This document shows, piece by piece, positions 42,132 through 55,537 of a stretch of DNA of 64,000 nt. The notes under the pieces were generated by a model that searched no databases, was not told where the DNA came from, and saw nothing but the letters and a program-made list of their open reading frames with translations. Within the stretch, counting starts at the first letter, position 1. The number at the start of each line of letters is the position of its first letter. This DNA is from Eledone cirrhosa (taxonomy: Eukaryota). Position numbers and translations under genes: made by a program. The stretch is taken from positions 79,174,001-79,238,000 of the forward strand of contig OZ024744.1 of NCBI GenBank assembly GCA_964016885.1, in the 5' to 3' direction.

Positions 42132-43674
42132 ATTAATATATATATATATATATATATATATCATCATCATCTTCGTTTAACGTCCATTTTCTACGCTATA
42201 TATGTATATAAATATATATATATATATATATATAAATATGGAAAAAATGAAATTTCATTTCTTACTCTTAGTACGGCTAATACTTAAATATAAGTATGTA
42301 CACGTACATACATATATGTATACAGACATACAGTAGTATGTATATATATACATACATGCACACATATATATATGTATGTATGGATTTACCAAACATTTAT
42401 TATAATGCTCGGTTTGTTTGTAAACAAACAGCCCGAATTATTAGCCGTACAGTGTTCGGCAACCATCGTTGCTATTTTGTTCAACACTGTCATCAGCACT
42501 GTATACCTTCCTGTCAGTTGATTGAACGTTTGAAAGTATATACTTTCCTTATGCATATTAATGGCTGAGCAGCGTAATTTGCATATCGAGTGAGTTACTC
42601 GGCCGGGCATACCGAAAACGATGAATGGAAAAAATGAAAGTTCAAGGACATAACGCATCACCCTTTTTGAGAATTGAACTAACAACCTCACAATTTCAAA
42701 TCCAACTTTCTAACCACTAAGCCACACACCTTCATGTGTGTATATAATTATGCTAAATATTCAAAATGCTGACCAAAGCATACCATTTACTATGTTTCTT
42801 TTCAACCAGTAAGCTATTTATGGCTCACCCTGTATTTCAAAAATGTTACAATAAAATTTGGCTGATTATTAATTAGTGTGCAATTAAATTCTTAGTGACA
42901 GAAATCTGGCGTAAATTTTTCAGTTTTTGGCTTATATTTTTAATGATTTTTTTTCTTTTCTTTCGTAAGTTAAAATACCCTCAAATTACAAATAGAAATT
43001 TAAATATAAAAGTAGAATTTTTAGAACATTGGATAAAATGCTTTACATCATTTGATCTGCTTGAGTGTTGGACAACATGCTTTTCAGCATAGAGTTATGG
43101 CCCTTTATCTTCTGAGTTCAAATCTCGTCAAGGTTAGCTTTGCCTTTCATTCTTACAGCATTGATAAGTAAGTAAGGCACTGGGGTCGATTTAATCAAAT
43201 TTCCCCTCCAGCCAAAATTGTTGGCTTTGTGTCTAAATTAGAAATCATTATTTGATCTGGCTCTTTATGTCTTGAATTCAAATCTTATTAATCTAACTTT
43301 GTCTTTCATCCTTTTAGGGTTGATAAAATAAATTACTAGGGTTATTTTAATCTATAACCACCACCCCTTTAAATTTGTGGCATTGGGACTATTTTAGATA
43401 TCATCATCATTGTCATCATCACCATCATTCTCAGGTGTTAAAAAACAGTTTAGTGTGAGTTTCTGTTGCACCACCAGGTGCATTTCTACGGTCCTAAGGT
43501 ATGCAGTATTTATTTTTTAGAGATGTGGAGTTGTGTTTGTTTGTATACTGCATCAACATTTGTTTTGATTTTGTTGTGCAGTTTGGTATTATTTTAGTGT
43601 TTCGTTTGTTGTTATTTTGTTGAGCACTGTTGTTGTTTCAAATGTGTTGCATGATTAGTGCGGTGTATCTTAGT

Positions 43675-44385
43675 GTCATGAGATGGTTGTTGGAATATGA
43701 GCTGTGGTCTGGTCATAAAGTGGTTGTTAAAATATGACTTGTGTTTTGGGTCATAAAATTGTTGTTAAAATATGACCTGTGTTTTGGCTCATAAAACTGT
43801 TGTTAAAATATGATCAGTGCTCTGGTCATAAGATAGTTGTTAAGATGTGACCTGTTCTGGTCATAAAATGGTTGTTAAAATATGATCTTTATCATGGTCA
43901 TAATGTGGTTGTTAAAATATGACCAGTGTCATAGTCATAACATGGTTGTTAGGATATGACCTGTGTTCTGGTCATAAGATCGCTGTTAGGATATGACCTG
44001 TTCTGGTCATAAGATGGTTGTTAAAATATGATCTGTGTTTTGGTCATAAGATCGTTGTTAAGATATGACCTGTGTCATGGTCATAACATGGCTGTTAGAA
44101 TATAACCTGTGTTCTGGTCATAAGATCGTTGTTTGGATAAGACCAGTTCTGGTCATAAGATTGCTGTTAGAATATGAGCTGCATCATGGTCATAACATGA
44201 TTGTTAGTATATGGCCTGTGTTCTGGTCATAAGATGATTGTTAAGCTATGACCTGTGTTCTGGTCATAAGATGATTGTTAGTATATGAGCTGTTCTGGTC
44301 ATAAGATGGTTGTTAAAATATGACGTGTCCTAGTCACAAGGTAATTGTTAGAATATGACCTGTGTTCTAGTCATAAGATGGTTGT
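43675..44385. repeat. Minisatellite of about 35 bp with a hairpin-forming unit; resumes at 45770-45915
   Basis: Unit approx. ATATGACCTGTGTTCTGGTCATAAGATGGTTGTTAG; TATGACC/GGTCATA inverted within each unit. Confidence 0.9.
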
Positions 44386-44619
44386 GTTGCAACTGTGTAC
44401 AATATAAGTTATGTTTGGTATTGATAACACAATAGTATGTATTGTGTTATTTTGTGGTGTTTATGTATGATGTGTTATGTGATTAATGTGATGTGTTTTA
44501 AAGTCAGGTGATGTGTGGTTTCTGTCATATTGTTGGACAGATCCTTTATAGAATGTGAGTTGTTGGTCTTATAATATTTAGTATTGATTATATAATAGTA
44601 TTTGTTGTGTTATTTTGTT

Positions 44620-45560
44620 TGGTGGAGATACTATATAGTATGTGTTGTGTGGCAATACCATATAGTATGTGTGGTGATATCATAGAATATGTGTTGTGTG
44701 GTGATATCATAGAATATGTATTGTGTGGTGATACTATATAGTATGTGTTGTGTAGTGATACCATATAGTATGTGTTGTGTAGTGATACTATATAGTATGT
44801 GTTGTGTGGTGATACCATAGAATGTGTTGTGTGGTGATACCATATAGTATGTGTTGTGTGGTGATATCATAGAATATGTGTTGTGTGGCGATACTATATA
44901 GTATGTGTTGTGTGGTGATATCATATAGTATGTATTGTGTGGTGATATCATAGAATATGTGTTGTGTGGTGATAACATAGAATATGTCTTGTGTGGTGAT
45001 ACTATATAGTATGTGTTGTGTAGTGATACCATATAGTATGTGTTGTGTAGTGATACTATATAGTATGTGTTGTGTGGTGATACCATAGAATATGTGTTGT
45101 GTGGTGATACCATATAGTATGTGTTGTGTGGTGATATCATAGAATATGTGTGTGGCGATACTATATAGTATGTGTTGTGTGGTGATATCATATAGTATGT
45201 ATTGTGTGGTGATATCATAGAATATGTGTTGTGTGGTGATACCATAGAATATGTATTGTGTGGTGATACTATATAGTATGTGTTGTGTAGTGATACCATA
45301 TAGTATGTGTTGTATAGTGATACTATATAGTATGTGTTGTGTAGTGATATCATATAGTATGTGTTGAGTGGTGATACCATATAGTATGTGTGGTGTGGTG
45401 ATACCATAGAATATGTATTGTGTGGTGATACTATATAGTATGTGTTGTGTGGTGATATCATAGAATATGTGTTGTGTGGTGATACCATAGAATATGTGTT
45501 GTGTGGTGATACCATAGAATATGTGTTGTGTAGTGATATACCATGTAGTATGTGTTGTGT
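44620..45560. repeat. 27-bp minisatellite
   Basis: Unit GTGTTGTGTGGTGATACCATATAGTAT; gives the spurious SPHNTYYMV ORF. Confidence 0.95.
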
Positions 45561-47574
45561 GACATGTGTAATTTTATTTGGAGGTGATTGTAAAAGGCTT
45601 GTGCTGTGTACAGCAGCAACTGTACTGTTTCAATTGTGCTGGTCTACAAAGAATGTGGGATGTGTGTACCTATCAGAGCTGTCTTTTATATTACAAGTAA
45701 CATTCTGATCCCTAGTATGGTTTGTATGTTTCTGTTCATATGTTTATCATACCTATTGATACAGTTATTATTGTTGTTAGAATATGACCTGTTCTGGTCA
45801 TAAGGTAGTTGTTAGGATATGACCTGTTCTGGTCATAACATGGTTGTTGGAATATGACCTGAGTTCTGGTCATAAGATCATTGTTTGGATATGACCTGTT
45901 CTTGTCCTAAGATTGATAAAGTTATTATTGGTATTGTTTTGTTTTTACTTCCATGCCCGACAATCTGCTTATTTCACTCCCGAGAAGGTCCTTGTATTTC
46001 TACAGATTCTTCACGTCTTTCTGGGCAATGTAATTGAGATGTCTAGTTCACCAATTATTATTGATACTATATTTCACTTTTATATCACAGATCCTGCATA
46101 TTTCAATGGCAAGGGCCTTGTATTTTGAAAATTTCTCTACCTTCCTCTGTTTTCATCAGAAAAGGATTAATTATGCTAATATCTGAACGGTTTGCCTTCA
46201 TCTCCATATCATGTCCCAGATTATTGTGATCAGGTTGTTTGTATCACTTACCTTCTTCAGTGCCATAGACAAGATAACTCGTCCTAACATGTATGAACTC
46301 TTTTCCAACATACTTCAAAGCTAGATGGGGTTACTAGTTTATCAATGTGTCTTTTGTAAATCATTCAGATATGTGTTGTTAATAAATGTTTGTTTAAAAA
46401 ACAAAGTCATTTTACTGCCCCCCCCCCCCCCCCCCCCAAAAAAAAACACCACAGCAACTGTAGCTGTGTAAAATACATGTGGCAGTCAACAGGTTAATCA
46501 TTTTCACATTGAAGTGTTGGTGTATTGCTCAGTGGATATAGTTGCTTATTCAGTTGGGACTGAATATATTCTGACTTGATAAGGACAGAGTAGCCACAGA
46601 TGATATAGTCAACTTCCTCATTGTACTGATTGCTTAGTTTGCACTTGATTTTAGCATCTTTTTTTTTTTCATTATTTTATTTCTATTATTGTGTTGTTGT
46701 TTTTTCTTTTCCCTTTAAACTTTTTCTGTTGTTTTGTCCTTCTCTCACTCTTGTGTTTCACTGTAGTTAATTTCCAGTTTGTATTTTATGTAGAGGATTT
46801 ATTTTTTCGTGTTTCCTTTTTACACATATCAGCTTCTCTTTGTTTGCTTCTAAATATTTTTTTCTAGTCTAAATCTTAATGTTTTTATTTTGTAGTGTAG
46901 TTTTCTATTTGTATGAGATACCACCACCCTCCCCCCTCTGTGGAGGCCTTCTTTTAACCTGTAACTCCTGGTAGAATTGTTGGAACATTGTAGTGGTATA
47001 CAGCATTTCTTGGACATTTGGTTTAAACCTGGCAAAGATCATTCATCCCCTATTCAGATCTGAATTCAGCCAATTTCTTCCAGAATAAGGAAAGAGAAGG
47101 ATAGAGAGGAAAAATTAACCCCTTAGTACTGGACTGGTTCTTTTTTTTATTGACCTCAGAAGGATAAAAGGCTAAGTTGACCATGGCAGGATTTGAACTC
47201 TAAGAGTGCAAACCATTCTATCTGACAGTCTAACAACTCTGCCAATTTGCCACCTTCCTGTATGAACTAGATATTTTCTATATATTGTAGCTACATCAAC
47301 TTTTCGATGATGGTTTCTGAATGTTGTCAATAATTTCTTAGTTTTTCAGCCTAAGCTCTGCAATTCCTTTAACTTTCTGTTTATTGTGTCAAAACTGTAA
47401 TTTATAACTAGGATAGCTAGTGTATTTATACCTAATATCTTATTGCTAACATTGGGTTTTTTATATCAAACTAACTCTTTTGTAAAACAATTTTCTAATT
47501 TTCTTTTTTTGTTTCAATTTTTACATTCTTAAATTTAATGAATTTGCCTCCTTTTATTGTTGTTGTTATTTTGC

Positions 47575-47615
<41 letters not shown>

Positions 47616-47833
47616 GGGTGGTGGATTGGCAGTATCGGTAGAGCATTGAACACCATGCTTTACAGCATAGAGTTAAGACCCCTTACATTCTGAGTTCAAA
47701 TCTCTCCGAGGTTAGCTTTGCCTTTCATCCTTATGGGGTTGATAAAATAAAGTACCAGTAATGCACTGGGGTTGATTCAATCAACTTCCCCTCCTCCAAA
47801 AATTGCTGGCCTTGTGCCTAAAGTAGAAACAAT
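47616..47833 (+). mobile_element. Abundant SINE family (representative copy)
   Basis: ggattggcag...ctgagttcaaat...ctttgcctttcatcc...aaagtaccag...ggccttgtgcc..aagtagaaa. Other copies at about 8716-8895, 11180-11320, 13460-13682, 26776-26955(-), 28580-28745, 43025-43400, 47110-47255(-), 49375-49562, 53853-54056 and 61954-62135(-). Confidence 0.8.
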
Positions 47834-47900
47834 TATTTTTTTATTTTTATCTATTTTTTTCGTTGTTGTAATTTTTGTATTCTTTCTTTATTTCCAAAAG

Positions 47901-48100
47901 GCGGTTCCTTACTTGCTGGATGTGATACTCCAAGCGCTGAGTCATTAGTGGGATGGTTATTGGAACACAAAAACCTTAAACTACAAAGTGATTCTGATTC
48001 CGAGATGTCAGTGTGTTCTCTAGACATAGATTCTGATGAGACTGGATCTATGTCTGACATTTTTGATTTAGATGATGATGACATGGTATTGGATGAAGAG
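47901..48100 (+). CDS. HERC2: HERC2-like exon 8 (C-terminal half of UBA-like domain plus acidic linker)
   Basis: ccaaaag|GC acceptor and GAG|gtaagt donor; GSLLAGCDTPSAESLVGWLLEH...; phase 1 start matches exon 7. Confidence 0.92.
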
Positions 48101-48589
48101 GTAAGTGGGTGGTATGGGGTCTTTTGTTTGATTTTTTTTTTTTTTCTTACCAACATAGAGTTGGTTGAGAATGATAATTAGAGCCGAAAGATTGCTCAAG
48201 GTATTCACATATAAACATACACATGCACACACACACACACACATGCACTCTCTTTCTCTCTCACACACAGACACTCTCTCTTTCCCTCTCTCACACACAT
48301 GCTCTCTCTTTCTCACATATGCTTTCTATCTCATCATGATGCTCTTTCCCCCTTTCTGTCACACACACACACACACACACACACCCTCTCTCTCACACAC
48401 ACATGCAGTTACCTAAGAAAGAAAACATTATTTTTATTTTTTAGACGATTAATTGTTATAACGAATGTTACATATGTAATGATTAATTACTAAGAAATAG
48501 CTGATTTTAAATTAATAATTTAATTTTTTTTCTTTTTAATTTTAAAAAATTATTATCCTTATTTTATTAATTTTTTTTCATGTTTAAAG

Positions 48590-48748
48590 CCAGAAATCAC
48601 GACAACAATTTACAAAAAACCCTCAGATTTTCCCAACAGCGATGAATATGCCATGTATGTGCAGATGAACATTCTTCCAGGAATGACAGTACGGTGTTGT
48701 TGTACATATGAAGAGGTGATAGAAGGAGATATTGGTAAAGTAATTAAG
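48590..48748 (+). CDS. HERC2: HERC2-like exon 9 (CPH domain, start)
   Basis: tttaaag|CCA acceptor and AAG|gtaaat donor; [36 protein letters not shown] is a CUL7/PARC/HERC2 domain signature. Confidence 0.93.
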
Positions 48749-49941
48749 GTAAATGTGCTTTCATTTATCTTTTTGTTGCTGTTGTTCTTGTTATTGTTGT
48801 TGTTAGTTGTCATGAGACCCGAGCAAGGAAAAGCATTGCCTGGAGCCAGTGGGGGTGGGTGGGCTGTGGTGTGTGTGTGTGGGAGGGGCAGTTAAGGCAA
48901 AACATTGAGAAAATTAAGTGGATTTTTGCATTTAATCTTCAACATGCTCTAGGCGACATAAGGTGCCAAAACGTAATCTCCCCTTAATACATAATGTAGT
49001 TTCAAGGGAAGCAATTAATAAAAATTTCTAGCAAGCTAAAGGTTAAATGTAGTTAATATGGATTTGTAAGCACCCAGTCCACATTGTTGGGTGGTCATGC
49101 TGGGGACATGACAAGAAAGCACCCAATCTATACTGTAATGTAGCTGGCATTAGAAAGAAAATCCAACGTTAGAAAAAAAACATGTCCGTATGAGCAAAAC
49201 ATGGTTATCCAATTAGACTAGTCACATATCATGCCAACCCATCAAACCGATGCCAGCATAGAAAATAGTTGTTAAATGATGATAATGATGATGCAGATGC
49301 TGATAGGTTTATATATTCCCAGGTAGCAAAGGTTATTTGAAGGGATTTTCTAAAATTATTTTCATTATTACAATAGGCGGTGGATTGGCAGTTTCGGTAG
49401 AGGGTCTGACGCCATGCTTTGCAGCAAAGAGTTACGGCTCTTTATGGTCTGAGTTCAAATCCCGCCAAGGTTAACTTTGCCTTTTATCCTTACGGGGTCG
49501 ATAAAATAAAGTACCAGTAATACACTGGGTAATTGCTGGCCTTGTGCCAAAAGTAGAACCAATTATTACAATAGTATTCCTGATATAATTTAACAAAAAG
49601 TTCCTATATCAAATTATGTTGGAAGAGTTAAAATTTAAATAGGAATACTTTAACCCTTTAGCATTTAAACCAGCTGAATCGGCCAGAATTCTCTCACCTC
49701 TTTCAGTTCAAACCAGCCATAACTGGTTGCTCATCCAATATTAAGGTATTGTTCTCAAAATAAATATCAAAATCTCATAGATTCGATATTATGTGAGATA
49801 AAGCCTTTACCATGAAAATACAATAGTAAATATAGAGTAATGTAAATGCTAAAGGGTTAAAACAAATGGTTATGTTTCATAGAAGCAGAAGTGGTTTGGG
49901 GGCAAATTGTTTTCAAAAGGTTATATAGCAGCAACTGATTT

Positions 49942-49976
<35 letters not shown>

Positions 49977-50017
49977 TTTTGTTAAGGAAATCTATCATTG
50001 ATATCGATTTTTTCCAG

Positions 50018-50135
50018 CTGGATCATGATGGGCTTCACCATTTGAATGTTCAGGCATACTGGCAAAGGAAGGGTGGCACCTACTGGATGCGATATATACA
50101 TATTGAATTATTAGGGTTTACTGATGTTTCTTCTT
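50018..50135 (+). CDS. HERC2: HERC2-like exon 10 (CPH domain, end)
   Basis: tttccag|CTG acceptor and T|gtgagt donor; LDHDGLHHLNVQAYWQRKGGTYWMRYIHIELLG. Confidence 0.93.
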
Positions 50136-50469
50136 GTGAGTACTATAATTTTCCACCAGAAATATATTCTACATCATTACCATCATTGTAATCATCATCA
50201 TCATCATCAACACCTTCACCAACTCCACCATCATCTCCACCATTACCATCATTATCTCTACCATCATCATCATTATCACCATCATCATGCTTTATCTATA
50301 CTCTTTGGGGTGTACACACAGGTATTTCACCCTCTAGCACAGAGGTTCTCAAACAATGCAGTTATTAATAGGAAGAGTTGAAATTTATTCTGTACTGGGA
50401 TATGTTGTTTAAATGTTTAATGTTTAAAAACTTGCATGAATTTCTGAACAATCTGATAATTAACTATAT

Positions 50470-51615
50470 TGCTGGTAGAAATATCGGTATAGCAATGTAG
50501 ACTGGTAGAAATATCTGTATTGCTATATAGTTTGGTAGAAATATCTGTATAGCCATGTAGACTGGTAGAAATATCTGTATTGCTATATAGTTTGGTAGAA
50601 ATATCTGTATAGCCATGTAGACTGGTAGAAATATCTGTATTGCTATATAGTTTGGTAGAAATATCTGTATTGCTATATAGTTTGGTAGAAATATCTGTAT
50701 AGCCATGTGACTGGTAGAAATATCTATATAGCCAGGTAGAAATATCTATATAGCCATGTAGACTAAATATCGGTATAGCCATATAGTTTGGTAGAAATAT
50801 CAGTATAGCCATGTATACTGGTAGAAATATCAGTATAGCCATGTAGTTTGGTAGAAATATCTATATAGCTATATAGTTTGGTAGAAATATCTGTATAGCC
50901 ATGTAGACTGGTAGAAATATTGGTATAGCCATGTAGACTGGTAGAAATATCTGTATTGCTATATAGTTTGGTAGAAATATCTGTATAGCCATGTGACTGG
51001 TAGAAATATCTATATAGCCAGGTAGAAATATCTATATAGCCATGTAGACTAAATATCGGTATAGCCATATAGTTTGGTAGAAATATCAGTATAGCCATGT
51101 ATACTGGTAGAAATATCAGTATAGCCATGTAGTTTGGTAGAAATATCTATATAGCTATATAGTTTGGTAGAAATATCTGTATAGCCATGTAGACTGGTAG
51201 AAATATTGGTATAGCCATGTAGACTGGTAGAAATATCTGTATTGCTATATAGTTTGGTAGAAATATCTGTATAGCCATGTGACTGGTAGAAATATCTATA
51301 TAGCCAGGTAGAAATATCTATATAGCCATGTAGACTAAATATCGGTATAGCCATATAGTTTGGTAGAAATATCAGTATAGCCATGTATACTGGTAGAAAT
51401 ATCAGTATAGCCATGTAGTTTGGTAGAAATATCTATATAGCTATATAGTTTGGTAGAAATATCAGTATAGTCATGTAGACTTGTAGAAATATCAGTATAG
51501 TCATGTAGACTGGTAGAAATATCTATATAGCCATGTAGACTGGTAGAAATATCGGTATAGCCATGTAGACTGGTAGAAATATCGGTATAGCCATGTAGAC
51601 TGGTAGAAATATCTG
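50470..51615. repeat. 30-bp minisatellite with a 286-bp higher-order repeat
   Basis: Unit CTGGTAGAAATATCTGTATAGCCATGTAGA; identical ORFs at 50763 and 51049 are offset by 286 bp. Confidence 0.95.
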
Positions 51616-52192
51616 TTAATACATGTTAATTTATCTGAATAACCATGTCACTGCCCCACCTCATGGCTATGTAATACCTTCAGCACCTCCAACCTTATTT
51701 CCAGAGAAACCTGCCTACACTCAAATTGTAAATAATCTATATATATAAATGAGAGATGTTTATTGGTTGGTTGGTTGGTTGGTTGGTTGGTTGGTTGAAT
51801 CACACGAAAACTACACACACACATCTAAAGAGAGAGAGACACAGGGGAAGAGTCAAAAAGAAAAAAAGATACAATTAAAGTTTTAGATATTCAGAGAGAG
51901 GAATGTCCCACAAAAGTCTAGAAACGGCTTAAACTATAGATCCTTTGATCTACAGGAAGGTTTAACAATATTGTGTTAGCTTTTATAAAGTCGTTTTACA
52001 GTCTTTGATTTTACAGAACAAAGAAAAATTGATACTATTTGAAATTAATCTACCCTCCAGCTTTTATCCATATACTACTTATAGTCCGTACTAATGAAGA
52101 ACTTTGAGAACTTCTGATGTAAACGAGTAGAAAAAAAATGACAAGTATTATTACATACAAATTTTCTTAAATCATATCTATTTGTACTGCAG

Positions 52193-52300
52193 CTTGTCAA
52201 ACAATAAAGGTGGGTGACAGAGTTCGTGTAAAGCCTTCTGTTTCGTTGCCCATGTACAAATGGGGCTCTGTGACCCACAGAAGTGTGGGTGTTGTCACAG
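52193..52300 (+). CDS. HERC2: HERC2-like exon 11 (absent from ORF track)
   Basis: ctgcag|CT acceptor and G|gtaaat donor; [35 protein letters not shown]; phase 1 to 1. Confidence 0.92.
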
Positions 52301-52739
52301 GTAAATTTACTTTGCTTTTTTTTCTTCTTTCTTTGAACACAGCATTTGTTTAACCTTCTGGGCGCTCTCGGCACCTTATGTTGCCAATAGAGTAATCTCC
52401 CCTTAATACATAATACAGTGTCAAGGGAAGCAATTCATAAAAAGAATTCAGTGTACTAAAGGTTAATAGTCATTATTTCAGGATGTTTGGTGGTGGTGGT
52501 GGTGGGGGCGGAGGGAAGCGGGTAGGTTATTCCTTATATAAGCTGGGTAGTATTTCTATCCTTTAAAACAGGTAATGTATAGCAGGTATTTTTAAATAAA
52601 TGACATTAGATTACTGGAATATGCAGAGATGGTTGTGTTGGTGCTACCATTAAGGTCAATTAAGCAGTTGCCATGAGCGCAAACCTCAAAGAAACACATT
52701 TGTATAAAACATTTGCAGTTTTATACAAATTAAATATAT

Positions 52740-53072
52740 AATATTGTTATACTTTGGGAGGGTTATGCTGCCAATAAAAACACATGCACCTGTTGGTTTT
52801 CACAAAAACAAAATGGTGTAGGACAGAACAAAGAAGAGACACAAAATAAGAAATCAGTCACTGAGGAGGTTACAGAATGAGTGACGAAAGAGCTTTGATA
52901 ATATATAAACAACCATCCAGTTATCAAACCAGCCAACCGACTGGAAATTTATAATATATTGAAGTGAAAACCAACAGGTACATGTGTTTTATTTGGCAGC
53001 ATGACCCTCCTAAAGTATAACAATATCTGTTTCAACACATGTTTTCAGATAAGAAATCCTGCAAAACAAATT
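52740..53072 (+). mobile_element. Short non-coding copy of the same Penelope family, with a 5' inverted end and a hammerhead motif (52857-52899)
   Basis: 52740-52803 is inverted relative to 52963-53025; homologous to 37465-37745; GTCA-CTGAGGA-GGTTAC(AGAATGA)GTGAC-GAAA-GAGC-TT-TGAT. Confidence 0.85.
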
Positions 53073-54236
53073 AAGAAAATATATAATAATTTTCTGTGAT
53101 CAATAAACAATTTGCTAAGTATCTTTGCTGTGTAGCAGCTTTGTGAAAATATCCAAAGCATGCCATATGATTTGGTGTTGGCAAGTGTGGATTGTGTAGT
53201 GGAAAATGAAGGCTTAGTAATTTTCTTAGTGTGATCTGAACAAAAAATGTCAAAAACTAAGTTCGACTTTAAGTTGAAATGATTCTATTTGGAAGAATGG
53301 GGTAAATAACTGGGAGAAGAGGGCACTAATTGTGGAGCTAGTCTAGGGCACTAAATCTCCAGGTGCCGGCTCTGGTTGATGGTTCAGTTAATTGTTAACA
53401 GGACAAATACTGTAGAGTTTAGAGCGCCATACACTCTTACCAGTAGCCAAGACAATTGACCCTGAAATGGTCTAGTTACCTAACTATAAATATATAAATA
53501 TGTATTGACCTGTAGCTCCTGATGGAGATGTTGGGGTACTGTTCAGACATGCTGTCTTGCACACTTTAAACCTGGCAGAGTCCATTCCCTCTTAAACCAG
53601 GGTCTTACAGACAAAAAGATAGAGGGTGATAGAGAGAGAAAGTTAGAAAGATATATATAGAAAAAATCAGGCCCAATGCTGAACTGATATTTGACCTCAG
53701 AATATAAGGAACAAATGCCTTGAAGCAGTTTGTCTAAAGCTCTAATGACTCAGCCAACCCACCTGTCTTATTCAAGAAATGAAATATTTTCACAGTAACA
53801 CAAATCTATTATTCAAACATTTTTGAAAGCAAAGAATGTGCTATTATGTAATGTGGATTGGCAAAATCAGTAGAGCTTCTGACACCATGCTTTGCGGCAT
53901 AGAGTTATAGCCCTTTACAGTCTGAGTTTAAATCCCACCAAGATTAGCTTTGCTTTTCGTCCTTACAGGGTCAATAAAATAAAGTACCAGTAACACATTT
54001 ACTTGACTTTCCCCTCCCCCAAATTTGTTGGCCTTGTGCCTAAATCAGAAACCATTATTATTATTATTCAGATATTACAAATTCTCTTTAATCTTTAACA
54101 CACTAGAAATTTGTATGAGTTGTTTCCCTTGACACTGCATTATCTATTAAGGGGAGATTACTCATATGGCGCCATGTGTCGCCCACAGTGTGCTTAAGAT
54201 TAAGTTAATTAAATATAAATAATATTTTTCTTGTAG

Positions 54237-54345
54237 CTATTCACCCTAACGGTCGTGATATCAGCATTGACTATCCTCAGCAGGCTCATTGGACTGGTGT
54301 TATTGATGAAATGGAATTGGTACCTAGTACACATCCTGGCATTTT
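54237..54345 (+). CDS. HERC2: HERC2-like exon 12 (absent from ORF track)
   Basis: ttgtag|CT acceptor and TT|gtaagt donor; IHPNGRDISIDYPQQAHWTGVIDEMELVPSTHPGI; phase 1 to 2. Confidence 0.92.
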
Positions 54346-55198
54346 GTAAGTCTGGTATTTTCTAAAGATATTTCCTCCTCTTCCTTTTTTAGTTCTTTTT
54401 TCTTTGATTTCTTTTTCTATTTCTTTTTTTCTTTTCCTTCTTACTTGTCTCTTTCTTCTTTTTTTTCCTTCATCTCCTCCTCCCCAAACTCTTTTTACTC
54501 ACCTTTTACAACATGAAGAGATACCTATTGTACCTGTTGTAAATTGAAAACAGATAATAATCAAAGAAGTCTTTTATAATTCAATATGGTAGGGTGTGAT
54601 TTGAAATGGATATGGCTGCTATTTCTAGTTGATCAACATCTATATATTAATTTCAACAATGTCAGTATTCCGTGTGTCATAATTCTCGATTATCATTGGT
54701 TCATAGGTTTCAAATGACTCCGCCCACCTCAACGACGCCAAACTTAAATTAATATGCATAATGCCAATGAGGGAGTGAGAGGGGAGAGTAAGAAAGAGAG
54801 AGGCAAAGTGAATGCTGTGTTGGATACACTATGTATATGTGTCAGTGTAGAGACATGTGTGTGTGTGATGTGTGTGTAAATAAGAAGGGAAGGAAAGCAA
54901 TAACTGTTAACATGTGTGCGTGCGTGTATGTTTGTGTGTGTGCGTGCATGCAGCGTTCCACAGAAAGTAAAACCTATCAACATGTGTGAGTATGTGCATG
55001 TGTGTAAGTGCACGGGTGCGTGTGTAAGTTTGTGTGCGTGCGTTGCTTTCCATGCGTGTACGAGCGGCGTTCCACAATTGCCACACAGTTTATCTGTCTG
55101 TGTGCCTGTCTGTCAGTCTAACATACACAGAGTTGTGAAGGGAGTAAATAGGGACCTTTTTTTACATTGACGAACATCTTTTATATTAATTATCTATA

Positions 55199-55537
55199 TC
55201 TATATATAATATAAAAGATTGGAACTTCCATCATCCTTTCGAGAAACATGGAACAACCACGTCTATGCAATGATACACGTTTTACAGTCAGGCAGAAAAT
55301 GAACCATCTCCTAGAGGTCACTATTCTCACCTAGAATTGTTCATATACTATGCACAAACGGTACAACGAAGAATCTGGTATATCTGGAAGATTTTTTTTA
55401 CTGTTTTTTTGTATCACTCAGACACCACGGACTCGCCTCATACTGTAACCAGACAAACATCCAATACAGTCATTTTCTCTTTTACCTGTCTTCTCTTATC
55501 ATCTGTTTACCCGGGCGAAGCTGGGTACGTCAGCTAG
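55199..55537 (+). mobile_element. Non-autonomous Helitron
   Basis: A|TCTATATATA head; subterminal hairpin ACCCGG-GCGAAG-CTGGGT; CTAG|T 3' end. Confidence 0.75.

Noticed and set aside
44631-45515. 294-aa repetitive ORF (SPHNTYYMV)n
   Set aside because: Consequence of a 27-bp unit being a multiple of three; no splice or promoter support
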